Below, piece by piece: positions 39,665-49,282 of a stretch of DNA of 64,000 nucleotides. Under the pieces are notes generated by a model. The model worked only from the letters and a program-made list of their open reading frames with translations. It made no database searches and was not told where the DNA came from. The first letter of the stretch is position 1; each line of letters begins with the position of its first letter. Made by a program: the position numbers and the translations under genes. The stretch is from Selaginella moellendorffii (Eukaryota; Plantae; Lycopodiophyta). Where the stretch lies: the NCBI RefSeq assembly GCF_000143415.4, contig NW_003314288.1, forward strand, positions 1,058,047 to 1,122,046, given 5' to 3'.

Positions 39665-40929
39665 TCTGAAAGTGTAGAAAAGAAGTTAAGACCATACAAA
39701 AAATGATTGGAGAATGGCCTAAATCATAACATACCAAACAACCTCAATAGCATGAGGCCACATGCCATTATTCAAACATGCTATTGACACCAACGTGAAA
39801 TTTCGCATTCACAAAATTGGCATGAGGCCTCATGCCATCTTGATATACACATAGCTGCAGGCAAGTAAAAACATACATGACAATATGCTAGCCATGAAAT
39901 TGCAAGGGCCCAAGATGGCATGTGGCCTCATGCCATTTCTAAATGTGGTCCTAAGCCATTCCATGGTGAACATACCAGGAAGCACAAGTGCCAAATATCA
40001 AGAGGAAGCGGTAGCCACACCAAAGACAGTGCCGCTCGCAACACCGCAACTGCTCGTAGCGCCGCTCGCACAAACTGCCACTCGCATAAACTGCCGCTCG
40101 CAATGGCGCTCGCAATGCCGCAACCGCTTGTAGACGCATAAACCACAGCTCACAACGCTGCTTACACAAGCAGCGCTCACTGCGCTCAGCGGAACCAAGA
40201 ACATGGCACACAAAAATGATAGATCTAGGAATGAGTTCGAGAATTCAAAAATAACACACGCTTGAACGTCACATCAAATCCTCTGACAAACCAGATCTTA
40301 TGATTCCTCTGACAAATTTCAAACTGAGTAGCTTCTAGACTTTGCTGTCGGAGGTTGAACTTTGTCACATCATGTCCTTGCCTCGATCCAGCTGTGCCAT
40401 GTCAGTGATTCGAACTTTGCCATGCCGTGTCAGCGATCCGCGACAAGATTATTCGCCGTGTAAAGGAATAATTATGCTGTGTGTGTACGTCCATTTATGG
40501 CAATATAAGGCCACACGCCATTCAAAGAATAATGCTAGTCAAGCATTTTTTGGTGCATTTTTGGGTTCAAAATTGCATGAGCCCACACGCTATAAAGTTT
40601 ACCTGTACCAAAAATAGAAACAGCTTTATTTACTTGGGAATTTAAGTGGTTGAGGCATTTTTAAACTTACAAACACATGCCCTACTTACATTCCTTTGGT
40701 TGCTTAAAATTCAAAAATATTATAAACCTTTCTTTTTGCATTTTCAATGTTTTCAATTATGGTTTTTGATTTTCGCAGGACCAGCCTAGTAATCTATTTG
40801 CATCCCGTCATGTTTATAGCTAGCTTTCGTTTGTCCCCTTCGCTAGCCTGAGATACATCTGCTCGGCATCTGCCTCTTACAGCATTTGCCCAGAAAGGGC
40901 ATCTTTCTTCACGCAGCATTTGCCACATG

Positions 40930-40955
40930 TTTAGGGTTTAGGGTTTAAGGTTTAG
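40930..40955 (+). repeat. Short interstitial plant telomere-like repeat (telo-box-like)
   Basis: TTTAGGG TTTAGGG TTTAAGG TTTAG. Confidence 0.7.
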
Positions 40956-42420
40956 CAATTCAGTAGCTTGATAAACATGCAAATACAGAACTTGATGCAA
41001 AATCCTTTGATATGTCACAATGCCCCTAGGACCATAAACACATTTCAATAGAGAGGGTCCTTTCATTTCATAACTCCTTACGTAAATCTTGGTGAAACCA
41101 GAGTTAGTGAAGTTAGTTTCTTGTGATCCCGCATCTGATTGTGATGTCCCTTTGCAGTGTCGATGGAAAGGTCAATGCACACCAAACTGTAAAATCTTGG
41201 AGCAAAATAACGGTCGGATCTATGGCAAATGCCCCTGAAACATTGTAAGGCTCATGTGGTCTCATGTGGTGTCCGATCGAGATGCTTCTTTGCAGGGTCA
41301 TCAAGAAAGACATTGTATACCATTCTGTAAAATCTAGTTGCGATCTAATGGTTGGATCTCCAAAAAACTCAAAAAAATCACGTGCGTGTTAGAATATTCT
41401 AGGAATATACTCCTATGTGCCCCTGAAAATGGCATGCGGCCCCACGCCATTCAAGAGATAACGCCAGATGACACCGAGCATTTTTTGGTGCATTTTTTGG
41501 GATTTGTATACCATTCTTTATTTAGCTGAACATCTGGCATTTTTGGAAATACAAGATGCTTTGGAATATCCAATCATGCATGGTATAAATATAGCGAGGG
41601 TATTAAATGATATCCCAATCATGATCTTTCTTTTGGATTTCGCGTGCATGTAGTCCGAGGAATGATGACGTTGCGGATTTCTTTTGGATTTCACGTGCAT
41701 GCATGCGCGCGGCGATCCAGAAATTAATGGTGGCGCCCAAGTCCGAGGAATGATGACGTGGCGGGATTACCAACCGTCATGACATTTCGCGCGTGTGAGG
41801 TTAGGTTTTGCATTTTGCTTCGTACTCGCGCTCGCATCGCGCTCCCACTCGCGATCATGCTCACATTCGCGCTCATCTACCTTCTCTACAGGTTTCTCGT
41901 GTGCATCGGCGTCCACTTGCGCTTGCATCACACTCGCGCTCGCATCGCGCTCGTGTGCATCGGCGTCCACTTCAAGACACACCCAGTTTGTAACTTCGCC
42001 GCCAACTCCGCCACCCACTCCGCCACCCACACGCAGCCCACTTGGCGTCCCGGGAGATTTCAGCGCCACTCTCCAACTGTAAGTGGTAGAGTAGCCTTGC
42101 TACTAAGATCCGCTGCACACACAGTGCACATTTGCCAGCGAGTCCGGCCTCGATTGTCACGCCTCCATTCGGCTTCAAATGGTAAGTCTTTTAGGCCAAG
42201 TAGAAAATGGCATGAGGCCACATGCCATTCAGTAGCAACATTGGCATGCACCGATTGGGCTCTCGAGTGCAGTCCGGTTACAGATGGCGTGTAGCCTCAC
42301 GCCATCTTAGGATGCAGCCTCAAGACATCTGATGCAGTGGTGAATGGCGTGTGGCCTCACGTTATTTCCAGCTACTAGCTTTTCATTTGTCAGCTCTAAT
42401 TGTTGTGCATTTCTGAACAG

Positions 42421-45400
42421 GCGAGGAATTGCGTTCTTCTTCCAGCCACTGTCAATGTGGATGCAGAGAAGGGGGAGGAGCTCACCAGTTGGACTTTTGG
42501 GATGGAAGGCGAGGATTTGAGGCTGTACAACACAGATGGTGGGAGAAAAGAATGCATGGGGATCCTCATCCAAGTGACAGACACTCCATGCAGTTCCATG
42601 CAAGAATATAGACTGGCACTTGTGGTAGAGACAGCGTCTGCCTTCCAGATCCACCTTGCACATCCTAGTGGCTTCCCGGAGGGGGGCAACGGCTATGAGG
42701 AATTCCTAGAGGGAGCTAAGGAGAGGTTGTCCAGGAGGCCCACAATTTCAAAGACGCTGCGGGTCTAAGAAAATCACATGGAATCCACGGACCTCACCTA
42801 TGGCAATGTTCAAAAACTATATTCCAACATTGAGTCGTTGAGAGTGCCTCCAGTTCGCGAAGCGAAGGGGAAGGGGGTCGATCTGGAAACTACCCCGAAG
42901 CAGAAAAGGGTGGTCAAGCTCAAGCCGACGTCCGACTCTCCTGCTCCAAAAAAGAAGCTACTCAGTGATGCCATTGCCTCGGGTTCGAACACTACACCCA
43001 CCAAAAAGAAGAGCCGCAAAGAGCAGAAAGAGCAAGAAGAGGCAGCAAAAATCGTCGCAGATAATAGTACTTGTTACTATTCCAACAAAGTATATACAAT
43101 CGACGTGAGCCGTATTGACATCCAAAGCAAATACAACCACAGGCTAGTATCTGATGAGTGGGTGGAGAAACTGAAGCAGAAGATGCTAGCAAGTCCAGTA
43201 ACACTCGACATCGCAGACGTGATCCCCTACTACCGAACAATGAAGGGCGAGATGAGGTTTCCAGACTTGATCAATAGGAAGGTGTTGGACGATCAGAACA
43301 TCCGGTTCTATGCCGTCTCCGGGCAGCATTCTAGCTTGGCGATGCAAGAGATAGTTGTGGATATTATGGTGGGCGAGGAGGTGAAGAAAGTCTTCAAGAC
43401 AAGAGTTGTTCGCCTGATAAAAGGCAACTCGCCCCTCCGATCTATCATATACATCTCCCACGCGCAGAATGTCAAGCAAGAAATGTGCTACAAATCGGGT
43501 CTGCACGAGACATTGGCACGAACACGGAAGCTCTGGGTTCAACTGAAGAAGCCACAAAAACCAGGACAAGGACGTGCACTAGCAACTAGCGCCTGGCAGG
43601 TAAGCCTCGTTGCATGTGGCATAGCATGTGGCCTCACGCCATTTCCATTGCAGGAATTCTCGAGTCTTCTCTCGAAAACACTGGGGGTCAATGACACACT
43701 CAGCATCCATAACATTCTACTTGGGACAAAAGTTGTTTTTGACAAATGGGTAGATGTGCTGAGGAGGTACTATGACGGGGAGTTACTAAACTCAATGGGT
43801 GTGGAGGACGGCCGGAAGCCCAATGATTTGAAGCTCAACGTCTTGCGTTTCTTGCGGTCTCTAGACGACGACAACCTTCTGACAGTGGCTAATGCTCTTC
43901 TACGTTGTGAGGTAGTCTTCAACAAGACCAAAATGACTCCCAGCCATATTGTGACATACGAGGACTTGTGCACGACTCTGAGAGCTCGTGCGCTATTGAA
44001 GGATTGGATCTTCGAGCAAGTGGCCGTGGAGAGGGTGAGCATCGACACCACGCAAGAGATGATGGAAGCGCTGGATTTGTCAAATGAAGACATCGACGAG
44101 TACGTGAAGGGGGCCCCCAAGTTCATTGATCTGCTGCGGGATGCCACGAAAAGTAAAGCTGAGAAGTTGGATCAGTATCCAAGTTTCATTAAGAGGGATG
44201 TCGACCGCCGGCTTCAGAAACAGCTCGACCCCTGCAGTAGAGGCCTATCGAGAACCTTACCGGGTATACGTGAATTCGGATGAGGATCAAAGGTGGAGGA
44301 GCATCATTTCCCAGGGAGATGAGCAAGTCAAGAACATCTTTTGTGTGATGGACTTCACAAACGAGGAGATCACTCATGCAGACGAAGTCAGCTCCATCAT
44401 TGACTTAATGGTGGGACTTACGGAGGTGGAATCTTCAGTCCACTATATGATCTACGACTCCGAATCCTATCACAAGTTCTGGAAGGCCTTGAACGAGGTG
44501 AAGGGTCGGTTGAAAGGCAAGGGAAAGCTCCAGGTGCAGCATGGGAAATGCTCAGCTGGGTCTTCAACACAATAGCGGGTGGGTCACCTACTTCCGACTC
44601 CAAGGGCAAATGCGTTGTCGAGTACAACTGCGGCGGACTATTCTTTCGAGCCGCACTACTCAAGGGTGTCCCGTGTGTTGCGGTGACAAACTCCATTGAA
44701 GAGGTGACTTCAATGGAGCATATAATTACAGTTGCCAAAGAAAAACAGTATCTTCTCTGCGAACTTGGTGAGTACGCACTTTAAGTTTAAATGTTATCTC
44801 ACAAGCTCTGTATGCAGGAGCGTGGCCACCCCCAGATGCTGAAACGGCGTTAACAGCTACTGTTGAAGATACCCATGTTGGGCCAAGCTCACAACATGCA
44901 CAAGGTAAGGTCACGTGAGGCCTCACGCCATTTTGATTATAGATCGTTGTGAATATTCAGACACAAGGACTGAAAAGCGCATTGGTGGCGCGTCGAAGAA
45001 GGGCAAACAGACAAGCAATAGGAAAAAAGGAGGTACAAATTATATTTGCAATGGCGTGTGGTCTCATGCCATTCCTTGCAGGAGACACTTCTTCAAAGGC
45101 AAAACAGGCAAGCACCAGCCAAGCTCAAACTGACAGTGGTCATAAAAAGCGAAAGCACGTTGGACAGTCGTCGGGATCAGAGGCGTTTGATTCGAAAAGG
45201 AAGAAGGGCAACGAAAAGATGATAGGTAATGCCTCGCGGTTATGGCGTGTGTGCTCATGCCATTCATTGCAGATCAAGGGCTGAGTGAAAGCAGCCAGTC
45301 ACCACCTCCTGACTCAGATTCCTATGGCGGACTCCCCTTCCCCAATCTTAATGGAGAGGTACAATGGATGAGGGATGCTTTTCAAGTTAGGGCCACGTTT

Positions 45401-47591
45401 TTCTCATCTCGTCGTCTTCGAAGGGTGCAAGAACGTGCAGAAACCATGTTAAGACAGTCGGGTGAGGATACAGTCCTAGGTCACGCACTAAAACAGGCTA
45501 TGGATGTCTTGTATTTTGAGATGGAGACTCGGCCAGATGATTTTCCCAAGATGGTCCTGGAAGAACAAGCCATCTAGCCTGAGCAGCCTATGGAAGAAAT
45601 GCAGGAGGGGGATGAGGAGCCAGAGAAAGATAATGAGCAAGAAGAGCAGAAGGACAAAGAGGAGGACAAAGAAGAGGAGGACGAAGAAGAGGAGGACGAA
45701 GAGGACTTGGATGGTCCTCACAATGGTGACGATCACAATAACGACAACGACGATGATGATGACGATGGCCAGCCTGAGGTGGCCAAAGAGTAGCGGAGGA
45801 AGGTCATACAAGACAAACCATCAGGTAAATAATAGTACATCCATTCCTAACCTTTTACCATTTCTAACATTGTCCATGTAGGTTGCAGAGCAAATGGTAA
45901 GTAGAGATTATTCAGTTGAATTTACAAACTCTAGCCTTTAGTGTCGAGGAAGGATAGTGCCAAGCAAGGGTCGAAACGTATGTCCAATCCTTCAGAATCA
46001 GCAGTGCACCCAAGTGATATCGGTCCTAGTTCCTCAATAGCAGTTGATGGTAAACACAGTATAGTCGATTCAATGTGCTAATGAGTTTGTTTTTAGTAGC
46101 ACGGGAGGATACCATCTCGATCGAAGGGAGATATTTGGACATGCATATGGATCGGCCAGTGGACTCTACTTGCCTGCAAGAGTTATCAGAGCTGGTGGAG
46201 GCTACTATCCATATCAACGCCAAGCAAGCTGACCACGCTCCACTTGATGCTGCCCATACCACTGAGTCAATCTTGTCCACGTATCCAACTGACGGTGACC
46301 AGGCACCATTGGACCCGCATGAGGCCGCCCCAGCCGCCGAGCCGGTCGTATCCTCATTTCCAACGGACTCAACGTGTGCCCAATCATCTAACTACGCGCC
46401 GTTGGAACCTCCCTACACCGCCCCTGCTGCCTGTTCAGTCATGTCCACTTTGCCAATGGAGGCACCAACTGAAATGGCGTGTGATCACATGCCATCGGAA
46501 CCACCCCATGCCACTGTTGAGCCAGTTGTACCAGAGTCTACAGCTGAAATGGCATGTGCCCACACGCCATCGGATGCGATTGACCCCACATTGCAGAGGA
46601 GAGTATTTCCGCCCTTCACGTTTCCTCGACCAAAACCCTCTCAACGACTATCGGGAGCACCATTCGCTAATATTGTAGATGGTAAAATTGACTTGTACCA
46701 TTTTTTATGCTGACGCATTTCATTTCAGAGTCACGGCGAAGATACTGTATCGTTTTTGATCTGAACGGTGTCCTTTTCTCCCATGAGCGTGGCTCGTCCT
46801 CGAATGTCATTGCACCCTCCAAAGCCTGCAATCGCAAGTTGGTCAAAAGAGACAGATTCACATTAATCACATGGGAGAAACTGCGGGATCTAATAATGAC
46901 CATGCGACACTTAAAACAGAGGGCCGGGTTCAATTTGCAATTGGGAGTTTGGACTTCCATGATGCGCCACAATACATTAACGTTGCTACAGATGATGCAC
47001 GATCAGACGCGAGTAATATTACCATTTGACTTTCTCCTAACGCAGGAGGATTGCTTGACTATGGTCCATGTGAGGGGTAGCAAGCCCATCTTCGTCAAGC
47101 CAGAGGCTGTAGTGATGAACCGGACTGCTAGGTCAAGTGAAATCCTCATCATCGATGACTCGCCAATTAAAACTGCAGCGAACACACACACATATGCAGT
47201 GCACCCCATCTCTTGCAGTATGGAAACTAGGGAGAAGAAACCGTATGTTCTGGGGGACCTTGCAAAACGGCTTGGAGCGATGGTGATAGAGAACCGGCCA
47301 GTCCAGGAGGTGGCTGCAGAAATCAACCAAATGGTAAATGGAACGGTATATCAGAAGCCATTTGATTGGACAGACACCAGTCATCATTTATGGCATGTAT
47401 ATTGTCTAGCCAAGCACTATCCGCATCTCCATAATCTGCTCAACCGGATGGGTTCTTCGACCATTGAACATGAGCGTGGACGTATTAGAGAAGAGATGGC
47501 ATTACTATTGGGTTTAAATCCTGATAGTGTGGAGAGTGATGAAATTCCAAGATTATTGTATAGGTGTTGGAGGCAAAAAATAACAGTCTAA
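42421..47591 (+). pseudogene. Transposon cargo gene: ParB/Srx-like domain + degenerate MTase-like region + acidic tract + Pro-rich linker + FCP1/NIF HAD phosphatase-like domain (multi-exon, a few lesions)
   Basis: In-frame TAA at 42766-42768, frameshifts near 44220 and 44548, TAG at 45791-45793. GT-AG introns at 43600-43653, 44768-44817, 44905-~44960, 45033-45081, 45226-45272 and 46682-46728. Motifs: NHRLVSDEWVEKLK...FYAVSGQHSSLA...ISHAQN; LSWVFNT...VVEYNCGGLFFRAALLKG. A 5' exon probably ends at 42181. Confidence 0.65.
46729..47591 (+). CDS. FCP1/NIF-family HAD phosphatase-like domain (terminal exon of the cargo gene)
   Basis: CIVFDLNGVL (motif I), LGVWTSMMRHN (motif II), KPIFVK, ILIIDDSPIK (motif IV). 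Intron 46682-46728 joins ORF 46075-46713 in frame. Confidence 0.8.
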
Positions 47592-48009
47592 GATGGCATG
47601 TATTTATTTAAAAATGTAACTTATTATGGCATGGGGTTCCATGCCATTGTATTAATATTAAAAGACAATTCTTTGAGAGGATTTGCATTATACTAGAAGT
47701 GTTACAGCATGTTATTGGAAGTCTACGAAGTTGCTTTATTAATAAGGGGAAAGTAAAGATTGAATGGGGACTTGGGCTCCACCTAGACTCGGAGCAACTG
47801 AGCCAATATTAAAAGGATGGAAAGAAATTGGACGACGATGACAAGGAGAAGAGAGAGGTGAAGCAGTGGCAGGGGGAGGAGAAGTGATTGAGTAGACATT
47901 TCCTTGTTTAAAATAAAATTGCATGTGCCTCAATGCAGTTGAATTTTGTTATATTTATATACTATATAAAGGTTTGGAAACCTTATTTTACAAGTGGGAT
48001 AATGACAAC

Positions 48010-48033
48010 TCCCACTTTAACGAAATAGAGCTT
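48010..48033 (-). repeat. Right terminal inverted repeat
   Basis: Reverse complement of 34965-34988; followed by TSD TCAT. Confidence 0.88.
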
Positions 48034-48092
48034 TCATGCTATATTTAGAGCAAGATTTTGAAGAAAACATTAACATCACTTTTGGAGCATTA

Positions 48093-49202
48093 TGTAAGGA
48101 ACCAACTCCCCGAGGTGTCGAAGGCTAAAGAATCCCCGAAAGCATGACCGACATGACAAAGAGTTCATCAGATGGGACCGAGTCAAAGATCGAGTCCAAG
48201 ACCGACTCTGAGACCGAGTTTGAGATAGAGTCCGGGATCGAGTCCGAGGCCGAATTGGAGACTGAGTTCGAGACCGAGTTTGAGACAGAGTCCGAGATCC
48301 GAATCGGGTCTGAGACCGAGTTTGAGGTCGAGTCCGAGGTTGAGTCCGAAGTCGAGTCCGAGATCGGGTCTGAGATCAAGTCCGAGATCGAGTCCGAGAC
48401 CGAGTCCGAGTACTAATACGGGTCAAGGGGTGAAAGCCCAAAGCATGCGTCTCTCAGGGGGGGCGAGCTGCAGGGGGTTCCAAAAGTATAGTAGGGATAG
48501 TGAGGTCCAGAAACCAGTCTTGAAGGAACTCTCTAGTGGTGCTTCCAAACTGACTTGAGGTTGAGACTGGGACAGAGGGGCCTTGGGTGGGAGTGAGCAT
48601 GGACTCAGGTGGTGTCAGAGGGGCCACCCAAGGAAGTGCTCAAGAGCAGCTCCTACTCCCAAAAGGGAAACCGACTGCAGTGCTCCTGGCTCATGTGGAA
48701 TGGTGCCCCACTTGAGTACCTTGTGGCTCATTGGTCCTCGCCCTTCCTAGGGGCTTGGGCCTTCCCTTCAAGATAGAAGTGGGGGGGTAGAGGTACCCAT
48801 ACCGGGCCGTTAGGCCACGGTGTTTCGCCCCGACGTCCCGAAGCAAGTGTTGCACCCAAGGCTTGGGATTTAGAGAGTCCCATGATCAAGTCTTGTTGTA
48901 CCAAGGGATGTTAGGAACCTGAAGGCTTGGTGTGCTTAGCTGCTTATGCCTGCGGGGAGTATAGCCGAACCTTAAGTCCAGTCCAACCCAGGGAGGGGGA
49001 TTGGGAGAGATTTGGGAATCCGCGGATGGATGGCTAATTCTCCATTGCTTGTGCAGTGAGTAGCTGAAACCAAGTAGGACCAAGTAGAAGCTGGTACAAT
49101 AGGCGGGAACCTCGACGAGGGAACTTAGCACAAGCCAAGGTAGTGTTGGTCGGATAAACGAGGTAAGCTGGCAAATTGGAAAGGAAAAATTCGTGGCTTA
49201 CA
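48093..49202 (+). repeat. 5' LTR (1110 bp) containing a GAG-NNN hexamer minisatellite (~48175-48412)
   Basis: TG...CA ends; 48465-49202 is repeated at 55350-56087. Confidence 0.9.
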
Positions 49203-49205
49203 ATT

Positions 49206-49218
49206 TGGTATCGGAGCC
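49206..49218 (+). promoter_or_regulatory. Primer-binding site (tRNA-iMet type)
   Basis: TGGTATCGGAGCC, 3 nt after the LTR; near-match to the canonical TGGTATCAGAGC. Confidence 0.85.
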
Positions 49219-49282
49219 TTTTCCTCAGTTTTAGCAAAGGATAGAGGCGAATTGCTGGGAGATGGCAAAGGTAGGGCAAAAA

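Larger units (their letters stand above)
35191..47647. repeat. Dispersed 22-bp palindrome family ATGGCRTG-N6-CAYGCCAT (~25 copies)
   Basis: Copies start at 35191, 35507, 35596, 36116, 36196, 36356, 36502, 37844, 37901, 39747, 39817, 39915, 40572, 41429, 42207, 42284, 42344, 43621, 44910, 45051, 45242, 46474, 46549 and 47626, with partial copies at ~36004, 40500 and 47918. Confidence 0.93.
34965..48033. mobile_element. Complete 13,069-bp Sola-like DNA transposon with TIRs, 4-bp TSD and cargo gene
   Basis: Left TIR AAGCTCTATTTTGTTAAAGTGGGA (34965-34988); right TIR TCCCACTTTAACGAAATAGAGCTT (48010-48033), 23/24 match. TCAT flanks both ends (34961-34964, 48034-48037). Contains a DDE transposase. 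Confidence 0.88.

Noticed and set aside
41758-42294. GTG-initiated 178-aa ORF and overlapping ORFs
   Set aside because: They arise from CG-rich tandem repeats and read through an intron; low-complexity products.
35191-47647. Palindromic repeats as a CRISPR array or bacterial REP elements
   Set aside because: Spacing is irregular (tens of bp to >1 kb), copies are degenerate and intron-embedded, no cas or RAYT-type gene is present, and the context is eukaryotic.
48125-48558. Glu/Ser-rich ORFs in the LTR
   Set aside because: Products of the hexamer minisatellite, with no evidence of coding function.
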